From: Collinsella sp.
GTDB taxonomy: Bacteria; Actinomycetota; Coriobacteriia; Coriobacteriales; Coriobacteriaceae
DNA: 64,000 nt
Direction of reading: 5' to 3'
NCBI GenBank assembly: GCA_048183675.1
Contig: DBEYWP010000003.1
Location: 1,194 to 65,193 of the forward strand
In this document: piece by piece, positions 19,401-26,816 of the stretch
Layout of the letters: each line of letters starts with the position of its first letter
Position numbering within the stretch: position 1 is the first letter of the stretch
Notes under the pieces: generated by a model
What the model saw: the letters and a program-made list of their open reading frames with translations, nothing else
What the model was told of the DNA's origin: nothing
Database searches by the model: none
Position numbers and translations under genes: made by a program

Positions 19401-20348
19401 TTACATAGCGAGGGCCGTGCGGATGAATGGGTCGCCGAGGGCCTCGCGGAGCCAGGGGGCCAGCTGCTCGGGGTGACCCTGCAGGTAGCCTTTGAGCTCG
19501 GACGGAGCCACGCGACGCACTTCCGAGATCTCCTCTTGGTTGATATGCAGCTCGCCCGGCTCAACATGGGCAAGGTAGACCTCGCACCATTCGCACTCGC
19601 AGCGACCGTCGCCGTGGTCCTCGCGGTACACCACGTGTCCGAGGTGCTTGAGCTGATCGGGCTCGCGCGTAATGCCGAGCTCTTCGTTGATGCGGCGCGC
19701 CGTGGCGGCCGCGACGTCTTCCCCGGGGAGCGGATGGCCGGCGCAGCTATCGGCCAGCACCCCGCCCCACAGGCGCTTGAGCGGACTGCGGCGACAGAGC
19801 AGCAGGCGCGCGTCTTCGCCCCGGCCCTTGACCAAAAGCGTCAGAAATGCCTGATGCAGGATGCCCTCACCAGCATGGGCCTCGATGCGGTCGACGGGGC
19901 CAAGCGCCTCGCCGGTCGCAGCATCGACCGCCACGACCTCGGCGCCCGCACCGCCCTCATCCCAGCCGGCGCGCAGAATGCGGGCTGCGGCTTCCTCGAG
20001 CGCGGCGATGAGCTCCTTGGTGGTGTCGAGCACGCGCTGCAGGTCGTCACCGCTCGCTTGTTCAACATGAAAACCCGTGCTTGCAACTACCGGCACGCCA
20101 AAGCGCGTGGCCAGCGCCGCCGCGATATCGTGCGCCGGGATCTCGTCTCGATGGCACGGAACGGCTAGGATGCTCACCGTTGCCGTACGGCCGGGCTCGG
20201 GGCGCGGAATGGCCTGCGCCGTGGCGCCCAGGTGCGCAAACTCCGGCGAGCAGGCGTACACCGCCATGCCTCGCGGCGTCACCGTCAGCTGGGCCTCGAG
20301 CGCAAACTTGCCCTCGCCCACTGCAACCTTTGTCGTGTGCATACCCAT
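19401..20348 (-). CDS. two-domain protein: N-terminal LpdD-like (putative prFMN chaperone) domain fused to a type-1 isopentenyl-diphosphate isomerase (Nudix) domain
   Basis: Start set at the ATG at 20348 (AGGAG 5 nt upstream). The longer ORF would translate the palindrome at 20421. The C-terminal half carries AHAGEGILHQAF, RRSPLKRLWGGVLADSCAGHPLPGEDVAAATARRINEELGI (Nudix/IDI box), ECEWCEV and APW, which is colinear with E. coli Idi as I remember it. The N-terminal ~125 aa (..ACSPEFAHLGA..ILAVPCHRDE..VVASTGFHVE..) resembles LpdD-type proteins. That assignment is from memory only. Confidence 0.7.
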   Translation of the reverse strand: MGMHTTKVAVGEGKFALEAQLTVTPRGMAVYACSPEFAHLGATAQAIPRPEPGRTATVSILAVPCHRDEIPAHDIAAALATRFGVPVVASTGFHVEQASGDDLQRVLDTTKELIAALEEAAARILRAGWDEGGAGAEVVAVDAATGEALGPVDRIEAHAGEGILHQAFLTLLVKGRGEDARLLLCRRSPLKRLWGGVLADSCAGHPLPGEDVAAATARRINEELGITREPDQLKHLGHVVYREDHGDGRCECEWCEVYLAHVEPGELHINQEEISEVRRVAPSELKGYLQGHPEQLAPWLREALGDPFIRTALAM

Positions 20349-20420
20349 GGGATCTCCTGCCGCCCGCGATGTACCTGAGACCATCTTCGCCTGTATTGCG
20401 ACTATACAGGCAAGCCCTCC

Positions 20421-20452
20421 ATGTGACAAAGGGACTGCCCCTTTGTCACATT
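20421..20452. repeat. palindromic repeat family 1, intact copy
   Basis: atgtgacaaagggactgcccctttgtcacatt lies in a divergent promoter region between the starts at 20348 (-) and 20501 (+). Confidence 0.9.
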
Positions 20453-20500
20453 CTGTTAGAGTTGCAGGAAGTGAATCCCGCTTATTCATGCGACATTGGA

Positions 20501-21763
20501 GTGACAACCTTGACCGCTGCAACCACGCCTAAAAGTAAGTCAACCGCTGCCGCGCTCTCCCCCGCGCGCACCAAGCTCTGCCTGGCACTGCTCGTGCTGT
20601 TGGGATTCTCGCTCGGCTGCTCCGAGTTCGTGGTCATCGGCATCGAAAGCGACTTGGCGACGGAGCTCGGCATCTCGCTTGCCACCGCGGGCCAGCTTAT
20701 CAGCGTGTTCGCGCTTGTCTACGCTATCGCCACGCCGGTGCTTGCGCTCAGCACGGGGCGTTTTCGCCGCTACCAGCTGCTCGTGTGCTACAGCATCGTC
20801 TTTGTGCTCGGCAACCTGGTCATGGCGTTGGCGCCCAACTTCCAGGTGCTGTTTATCTCACGCATTGTCCTGGGCTCCGTCTCGGGCGCACTGCTCGCCG
20901 TTGGTGTGACGTACATCCCCGAGCTGCTGTCCCCGCAGCAAACTTCGCTTGCCATCTCGGTGGTATATGGTGCGTTTTCCGTAGCAATGGTCTTTGTGAC
21001 CTCGATTGGCAAGTTTGTGGCCGACACGCTCGATTGGCACGTGGCCATGTACGGCACGCTGACCTTTGCCGTTTTGATCTGCGGAGCGCTCGTGGCGTTT
21101 ATGCCGCGCGCCGGGCAAACCGACGAGCCTGCCACCTTTCGCGAGCAGGCGGGTCTGCTACGCGAGCCGAGCATCATCACCGGCATGCTCATCTTTTTGT
21201 TTGGCGTGGGATCGGTCTACGTATTCTACGGCTACGTGACGCCTTATCTTGAGCAGGTGCTGGGTATGGGCACCGTTCAGACAAGCACCACGCTTATGGC
21301 CTACGGCGTGTTCTGTCTGATCTCGAACATCCTGGGCGGATGGATCGATGCACGCTTTGGCATGAAGGCGCTGCTTGTGACGTTTGTGCTGCAGGCTGCG
21401 GCGCTACTCGGGCTGTTTGCTGTGGGCGGCACCATGCCGCTCGCACTTGTCTTTGTCTTTAGCTTGGCGCTGCTCATGTACCTGTTCTCGGTATCGTGCA
21501 TCACGCACTTTATGGACGTAGCACGCAGCCGCCATCCCAAGTCGATGGTTCTCGCAAGTTCGGTTGAGCCCATGGCGTTTAACGTCGGCATCTCGTTTGG
21601 CACCGCAGTGGGCGGCGCCGTGGTAAGCAGCGTTGGCATTGCGTACGTGGGCGCAGTGGGCGCCGCGTTCTCGCTTGTCGCCTGGGCGCTTACGCTGGTG
21701 ACGATTAAGCTGGCTCGTTGGGAGCGCCGTCGTCAATCAGCACAGCCCCGGATGCAGGCATAG
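20501..21763 (+). CDS. MFS transporter (DHA1-like efflux type)
   Basis: 12 TM segments, and the N-terminal LGFSLGCSEFVVIGIESDLATELGISLATAGQLISVFALVYAIATPVLA is typical. There is no in-frame ATG near the N-terminus, so the GTG at 20501 (or TTG at 20510) was chosen. The upstream part of the ORF covers the palindrome and an antisense gene. Confidence 0.8.
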   Translation: MTTLTAATTPKSKSTAAALSPARTKLCLALLVLLGFSLGCSEFVVIGIESDLATELGISLATAGQLISVFALVYAIATPVLALSTGRFRRYQLLVCYSIVFVLGNLVMALAPNFQVLFISRIVLGSVSGALLAVGVTYIPELLSPQQTSLAISVVYGAFSVAMVFVTSIGKFVADTLDWHVAMYGTLTFAVLICGALVAFMPRAGQTDEPATFREQAGLLREPSIITGMLIFLFGVGSVYVFYGYVTPYLEQVLGMGTVQTSTTLMAYGVFCLISNILGGWIDARFGMKALLVTFVLQAAALLGLFAVGGTMPLALVFVFSLALLMYLFSVSCITHFMDVARSRHPKSMVLASSVEPMAFNVGISFGTAVGGAVVSSVGIAYVGAVGAAFSLVAWALTLVTIKLARWERRRQSAQPRMQA

Positions 21764-21848
21764 GGGCGAACATAGCCCAAGGTGGCGAGCAACCGGTGAA
21801 AACCGTCCCATACGAGTAGTGTTTATCCGCCTGCAAGCTCCAGCAGTG

Positions 21849-21945
21849 CAATTTCGTGTACTTCAGATACACACTTTTCCACTATTTCGTGTATTCCAAG
21901 TACATGAAATCGTACTAAACTATGTATCTGAAGTACACGAAATTG
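21849..21945. promoter_or_regulatory. nested palindrome: 22-bp perfect outer inverted repeat plus an inner imperfect inverted repeat, four copies of ATTTC(G/A)TGTA
   Basis: The outer arms are caatttcgtgtacttcagatac (21849..21870) and gtatctgaagtacacgaaattg (21924..21945). The inner pair is atttcgtgta (21884..21893) and tacatgaaat (21901..21910). The segment is AT-rich and ends 13 nt before the ATPase start codon. Confidence 0.6.
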
Positions 21946-21958
21946 GAAAGGCGGCCCC

Positions 21959-23329
21959 ATGCGCAGATCAATCGAATCCGTTATCGAATCATGGGCGACA
22001 AAGGACGCGTCGCGCCCCATCCTCATCCGTGGTGCGCGACGCGTAGGCAAAACGTACGTTGCCGAGGAAATCGGCAGACGAATCGCCGGCGATGCGTTTG
22101 TCAAACTCGACTTTCAGACCGATCTTGAGCTGATCGCTCCGCTGTTCGACTGTCCCACCGACGACGTTGACGCCATCGTGGCGCGAATCTCAGACTATAA
22201 ACGCACCCCCATTCGCAAAGAAACCGCCTTCATCCTGTTTGACGAGGTGCAGCTCTGCGAACGGGCGCTCAACTCGCTTCGCTTTTTTTCGGGTTCGGGC
22301 TGGCGCATATGCGCGACCGGCAGTCAGCTCGGCGTCGCCACGCGCAAGCGCAAGTTGCCTTTTCCCAGCGGCGTTCGTCAAGAGACCATGCATCCTATGT
22401 CGTTCGAGGAGTTTCTCTGGGCGCTCGACGAGGAGCAGATGGCCAATGCCATTCGTACCCACGCCGGCACGCTCGAGACCTACGCCGCGCACCAAGCCGC
22501 GCTCAGCCTGTTTCATCGATACCAGATCGTGGGCGGCATGCCCGCCGCCGTCAACGCATATCGCAAGACGTTATCCATCGAGGATGCGCGCGTCGAGCAG
22601 CGCGAAATCGACGAGACCTATACCGCCGATATGACCGACCCCGAAAACGGGATCAGCGGCGTGGCGGCGCGCAAGGTCTGGCGCTCCATTCCGTCCCAGC
22701 TGTTGAGATCGTCCACAAAAAAATTCAAGTACTCCGAGGTCGAACGCGGAGGCCGTCGCGCCAAGCTTATCGAGCCGCTCGACTGGCTCGAAGGCGCCGG
22801 CATCATATCGGTCAACAACCTGACCGAAGGCATCGAGCCTCCCCTCGTTCCCTTCGACGACGAAGATGGAAGTTTCTTTAAGGTCTATCTTCTCGATACC
22901 GGCCTCATGTTCTACAAACTCGGCATCAACCCGCGGCTCTGGCTCGACCTCAAAGAGGATTCCGCCATAGCGCTATCTTCCGACTTCCGAGGCGCCCTGG
23001 CGGAAAACTCGGTCATGCAAGCATTTTCGGGCAATAGCTTGCAGACGTATTACTGGGTGCCGCCGTCGTCTTGGAAGACGACCGGCGAGCTCGATTTTTT
23101 ACTTCAGACCGACCGTATGGAAATTGTGCCCGTCGAAGTAAAGTCCGCACGTAACGTGCGCGCGAGAACCCTCAGGTCGTTTATGGACAAAGCCCGATCG
23201 CCATATGCCTACATTTTGTCCGAGAACAATTTTTCCCGCAGCGAAACCGATGACGGGCGCGAGCTGCGCCACCTCCCCTTGTACGCAGCGGGCTTTATTG
23301 GAGCAAACTGCCTCAAGAGCAGTCTGTAA
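21959..23329 (+). CDS. AAA+ ATPase with C-terminal DUF4143-type domain
   Basis: Walker A is ILIRGARRVGKTY and Walker B-like is ILFDEVQ. The C-terminal GELDFLLQ...VPVEVKS is typical of the AAA_14/DUF4143 architecture. Confidence 0.8.
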   Translation: MRRSIESVIESWATKDASRPILIRGARRVGKTYVAEEIGRRIAGDAFVKLDFQTDLELIAPLFDCPTDDVDAIVARISDYKRTPIRKETAFILFDEVQLCERALNSLRFFSGSGWRICATGSQLGVATRKRKLPFPSGVRQETMHPMSFEEFLWALDEEQMANAIRTHAGTLETYAAHQAALSLFHRYQIVGGMPAAVNAYRKTLSIEDARVEQREIDETYTADMTDPENGISGVAARKVWRSIPSQLLRSSTKKFKYSEVERGGRRAKLIEPLDWLEGAGIISVNNLTEGIEPPLVPFDDEDGSFFKVYLLDTGLMFYKLGINPRLWLDLKEDSAIALSSDFRGALAENSVMQAFSGNSLQTYYWVPPSSWKTTGELDFLLQTDRMEIVPVEVKSARNVRARTLRSFMDKARSPYAYILSENNFSRSETDDGRELRHLPLYAAGFIGANCLKSSL

Positions 23330-23362
23330 GCCCTGCACGACCGCCTAGAAAGGAAGCCGCTC

Positions 23363-23809
23363 ATGCAACGCATTCTTTTTATCTGCTATGGAAATATCTG
23401 TCGCTCGACGATGGCTGAGTCGGTGTTTACCGAGCTCGTGCGCCGCGCTGGGCGCGAGGCGGAGTTTGTCATCGATTCCGCTGCGACCTCGACCGAGGAG
23501 ATCGGCAACCCGCCACACCACGGTACCGTTGCCAAGCTGAGCGAGGTTGGGATTCCCGTCGTCGCACATCGTGCACGTCAGGTGCGTCGCGCGGAGTATG
23601 GCGACTGGGACCACATTGTCTATATGGACGACGAGAACGCCCGCGGCCTGTACCGAATTTTTGGGAAGGACCCCGATGGCAAGATCTCGCGCCTGCTCGA
23701 TTGGACCGATCGCCCCGGCGACGTGGCCGATCCCTGGTACACCGGCAATTTCGACGCCACCTACCGCGATGTACTCGCCGGTTGCACCGCTATGCTCGAG
23801 CAGCTGTAG
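23363..23809 (+). CDS. low-molecular-weight protein-tyrosine phosphatase
   Basis: The P-loop ILFICYGNICRSTMAE (CX5R-S/T) and the DPWY aspartate loop are present. Length 148 aa. Confidence 0.9.
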   Translation: MQRILFICYGNICRSTMAESVFTELVRRAGREAEFVIDSAATSTEEIGNPPHHGTVAKLSEVGIPVVAHRARQVRRAEYGDWDHIVYMDDENARGLYRIFGKDPDGKISRLLDWTDRPGDVADPWYTGNFDATYRDVLAGCTAMLEQL

Positions 23810-23852
23810 GCGCTCGGGCGGCGCGGGCACACGGGCCACGCCATCGGCATAA

Positions 23853-23948
23853 AACGAGCGTGGATTTTCTCCCACTTTGAGCGTTCGAGCGCGCTCTAAA
23901 CGGGAGAAAATCCACGCTCGTTATCTCGGTGGGAGAAAATCAACGCTC
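23853..23948. repeat. 21-bp perfect inverted repeat plus a third partial arm copy
   Basis: aacgagcgtggattttctccc (23853..23873) pairs with gggagaaaatccacgctcgtt (23902..23922). The loop contains the palindrome gagcgcgctc. A third arm-like copy, gggagaaaatcaacgctc, sits at 23931..23948. Confidence 0.8.
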
Positions 23949-23951
23949 ATG

Positions 23952-23983
23952 AATGTGACAAAGGGACTGTCCCTTTGTCACAT
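23952..23983. repeat. palindromic repeat family 1, intact copy
   Basis: aatgtgacaaagggactgtccctttgtcacat lies 13 nt downstream of the stop of the minus-strand ATPase gene. Confidence 0.9.
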
Positions 23984-23995
23984 CCGGGACTGACC

Positions 23996-25357
23996 CTAGA
24001 CCGGCTTGACCTCCAGCTTAATCCCCTTGGCACAGGAGTCGCCCAAAACATCCGAAAGGGCCCAGGTCGCATATAGCGGCAAATAGAGAACCGCTCCGTT
24101 GCGCTCAACGTTGCCTCTCGAGAAAACAATCCCGAGCCTTACGCCATATTCAGCCGTATCAAGCACATGACCGAGCGCAGCGTGCGCGTGGTAATAGGAG
24201 CCCGATTTAACCTCGATCGGAACAGCCGTCCCATCCGGTCCATCGACCACAAAGTCCACTTCACCGCGCTTTTTTGTCTGATAGTAGTAAAGCTGGCGAT
24301 TTTGGGCAGCCAGCTGCTGGGCCACCACGTTTTCGTAAATGCCGCCCAGATTGGGCTCCTTGCTATCAAGATACGCCGCTTGGGCGACTCCAACGGGGTA
24401 GCGCGCCATCAACATGCCCGTATCCGATTGATATAGCTTGAACTGCGATGGCCGTGCCGTCTTGAGCAGGGGCGATTTTGGCTCGGTTACGATATCGGCT
24501 TTGAGGGCAACGCCGGCATCGACAAGCCATACAAAATCTCGCTGATACTTCTCGTAGTGAGCCTTGGGGTCAATGGAATTGAGCACGAAGCGCTTGTTTT
24601 CGCCCCCGAGCATAATAGGGAGCTGATCGTAGATGCTCTGCACCTGAAGGGCTCGCCCGCTTGCATACTTGGAGATATCCCGTCGGTACTGTTCGTTGAG
24701 CTCTGACTGCAGCTGACGAACAGAGGCAAGGTCGCCCCGCGTGTCAAGGAAACGCTGCACGACCTCTGGCATTCCGCCGACAACGGTATAGGTCCTGAAG
24801 TTTGCCATCATCGCGTCATGAATGTAACCAGGAATGGGCTTCTCGTTGATGCACGCGTCGCGTATCGTTTGGCGAGCCCCTTCGCTCACCCCGATTGCCC
24901 AGCAAAACTCCTCAAAATCGAGCGGGAACATCCTAAGCTCGTGGACATACCCCACGGGATAGGACCTGACGCCCTTGAACTGGGTCCCGAGCATTGACCC
25001 CGAAAACGCCCAGCGGCACCTCCCGTCCTCAACAAGGAACTTTGCCATCGTCATGATGTCGGGGGCCTCTTGGACCTCATCGATAAACACGAGCGTTTTG
25101 CCTGGTGCAATCGACTTTCCCGAAAGAAGCGTCACTCTGCTGATGAAATCATCGGCATCCCGCGCCTCGAGAAGAGCATCTTTTGCCTGGCGATTTTCCA
25201 TGAGGTTAAGCTCGATGTAGGTTGCATGGCTGGCTTTGCCAAACGCGCGAATCGAATAGCTTTTGCCGATCTGGCGAGAACCCGTGATGAATAAGGCCTT
25301 TTGCTCGGTAGACTTCAGCCAACGCTCCAGCTCTGCCGCTATTTTCCTACGCAGCAT
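23996..25357 (-). CDS. AAA+ ATPase with C-terminal DUF4143-type domain (paralog of 21959..23329)
   Basis: Walker A is ITGSRQIGKSY and Walker B-like is VFIDEVQ. The C-terminus has GEVDFVV...VPIEVKSG. Start at MLRRK (ATG at 25357), with GGGGAGAG upstream. Confidence 0.8.
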   Translation of the reverse strand: MLRRKIAAELERWLKSTEQKALFITGSRQIGKSYSIRAFGKASHATYIELNLMENRQAKDALLEARDADDFISRVTLLSGKSIAPGKTLVFIDEVQEAPDIMTMAKFLVEDGRCRWAFSGSMLGTQFKGVRSYPVGYVHELRMFPLDFEEFCWAIGVSEGARQTIRDACINEKPIPGYIHDAMMANFRTYTVVGGMPEVVQRFLDTRGDLASVRQLQSELNEQYRRDISKYASGRALQVQSIYDQLPIMLGGENKRFVLNSIDPKAHYEKYQRDFVWLVDAGVALKADIVTEPKSPLLKTARPSQFKLYQSDTGMLMARYPVGVAQAAYLDSKEPNLGGIYENVVAQQLAAQNRQLYYYQTKKRGEVDFVVDGPDGTAVPIEVKSGSYYHAHAALGHVLDTAEYGVRLGIVFSRGNVERNGAVLYLPLYATWALSDVLGDSCAKGIKLEVKPV

Positions 25358-25379
25358 AGGCTCTCCCCTCAGTGTCATC

Positions 25380-25467
25380 AAATGAAATGCAAAGTTTATA
25401 CGCTTGATTATCGATGAAACGCAGAATTTTTAGAACCTAAAATCGGATGAAATGCAGAGATTTTAGA
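25380..25467 (-). promoter_or_regulatory. three phased direct repeats (~21-23 nt, period 32-33 bp) upstream of the second ATPase gene
   Basis: aaatgaaatgcaaagtttata (25380), cgatgaaacgcagaatttttaga (25412) and ggatgaaatgcagagattttaga (25445). The segment is AT-rich. Confidence 0.55.
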
Positions 25468-25499
25468 TTACAAGCACAATAGAAGGAACGCCACCGGCG

Positions 25500-25532
25500 A
25501 ATGTGACAAAGGGACTGTCCCTTTGTCACATT
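25500..25532. repeat. palindromic repeat family 1, intact copy
   Basis: aatgtgacaaagggactgtccctttgtcacatt lies 9 nt downstream of the stop at 25541. Confidence 0.9.
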
Positions 25533-25540
25533 GCGCTCAA

Positions 25541-25876
25541 CTACTCGTCGACGATCTCGGCGAGCCAGACGTTCAGCGTATCGACTTCGGGGCAGCAGAA
25601 CTTTGCCGTGCCGGGCTCGTTGCCAGGCACGGTTCCGCCATAGCGCAGGATATCGATATAGGGAAAGCCCACATGGCAGGCCATGGCGCACATCTTGCCG
25701 CGGTCGCGGTCGAAGTCGAAGACGTCACCCGGCTTGTGCCCGTGATGGCAGCGGCATGTGCCCAGCTGGTCCACGCAGCTAATGCGAATACGTGGGCGCT
25801 TGCCGCGCGGGGCACCGAGCGGCTTGTTCTCGCCCGCTGCCCCGGTGCCGCCCTCGCCGGCGCTACTCATGGTCAA
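25541..25876 (-). CDS. small Cys/His-rich protein, TIGR04076-like
   Basis: CRCHHGHKPGDVFDF...KMCAMACHVGFPYIDILRYGG...KFCCPE matches my memory of the TIGR04076 pattern (C..H..GD.f...C..A...P....l.yGg....CPD). Its start overlaps the pdxK stop by 14 nt. Confidence 0.7.
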   Translation of the reverse strand: MTMSSAGEGGTGAAGENKPLGAPRGKRPRIRISCVDQLGTCRCHHGHKPGDVFDFDRDRGKMCAMACHVGFPYIDILRYGGTVPGNEPGTAKFCCPEVDTLNVWLAEIVDE

Positions 25877-26687
25877 TCACATCCAGGCAGGCCTCGATGG
25901 GAAGGCCGGCGGACTTATCCTCCTGGTCGGCATTGCGCTCGATGAGCTCCGCTACCACGCGCATGGCATCGCTCGTCGCGCGCTGAAGGCTCCAACCGGC
26001 CATAACGCGGCCGACGAGCACCGCCGAGAACGTGTCGCCCGTGCCCGGGAAGTAGACCGGGATCAGGTCGAAGGGAATCGTAAAGTACTCCCCCGCCACA
26101 TGGTCGTAACCGATGACGACATTCGCACCGTCGACCACAGCGCTCGTAATGACCACCGACTTGGCGCCCAGGGCACGCACGGCATCCACAAGAGTGCGGC
26201 CCTCATCGGGCGTGATTTGCTCGGCAATGGGCGTATCGGTGAGCAGGCACGCCTCGGTGTAGTTTGGCACCGCATAGTCGGCGCACTCGAGCAGGCTGCG
26301 CATGAGACCGATCGTGGACTCGGGCACGCCGGCGTAGAGCTTGCCGTTGTCGCCCATGATGGGGTCGACGAACACCTTGGTGCCCTTTTGCGCACGGCGG
26401 TGGCAAAAGTCCGAGATGATACGCGTCTCTTCCTCGGTCACGATAAAACCAGTCGAGATGGCGTCGAACTCAAAGCCGAGCTCTTCCCAGATGGCAAGAC
26501 TCTGACGCACGTACTCCGTGGTGTCGTGGATGTAGAACTTGGGGTAGTTGAGCGTATCGGACACAAGCGCCGTCGGCAGGTTGTGGATGCGATAGCCCAT
26601 GTGCGACAGCATCGGCAGCATGGCAGAAAGCGCGACCTTGCCGTAGCCGCACATGTCGTTGATCAGCAGCAGCTGAGTGTTCTTCAT
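25863..26687 (-). CDS. pdxK: pyridoxal/pyridoxamine kinase (ribokinase superfamily)
   Basis: MKNTQLLLINDMCGYGKVALSAMLPMLSHMGYRIHNLPTALVS...DPIMGDNGKLY...PGTGDTFSA. Start at the ATG at 26687, with GGGAG upstream. Confidence 0.8.
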   Translation of the reverse strand: MKNTQLLLINDMCGYGKVALSAMLPMLSHMGYRIHNLPTALVSDTLNYPKFYIHDTTEYVRQSLAIWEELGFEFDAISTGFIVTEEETRIISDFCHRRAQKGTKVFVDPIMGDNGKLYAGVPESTIGLMRSLLECADYAVPNYTEACLLTDTPIAEQITPDEGRTLVDAVRALGAKSVVITSAVVDGANVVIGYDHVAGEYFTIPFDLIPVYFPGTGDTFSAVLVGRVMAGWSLQRATSDAMRVVAELIERNADQEDKSAGLPIEACLDVIDHE

Positions 26688-26771
26688 GAGGATCTCCCTT
26701 GGTTCGGGCACGGCGCAGCAGCGCCACAGTGCGACTAAGTGTAGCGCAGGGGACGTTTGCAGCGTCGAGCG

Positions 26772-26799
26772 GTTACGGCGTTTGGCAAAACGCCGTAAC
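26772..26799. promoter_or_regulatory. 12-bp perfect palindrome with 4-nt loop in the pdxK/marR divergent region
   Basis: gttacggcgttt-ggca-aaacgccgtaac lies 18 nt upstream of the predicted -35. Confidence 0.4.
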
Positions 26800-26816
26800 T
26801 TAATAAGTTTGGTACC

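Noticed and set aside
20421-20452. Resemblance of TGTGA...TCACA in the family-1 palindrome to a CRP/FNR-type binding site
   Set aside because: The half-sites are separated by 19 nt instead of 6. The whole 32 nt is conserved as a hairpin. Most copies sit just after stop codons rather than in promoters.
20381-20522. ORF-track N-terminal extensions and small ORFs containing the peptide CDKG(T/A)VPLSH (for example 19401..20522, 23947..24129, 36122..36364, 53801..54109)
   Set aside because: That peptide is simply the translation of the family-1 palindrome. Its recurrence reflects the DNA repeat, not a protein motif. Gene starts were placed downstream of the repeat at RBS-supported codons.
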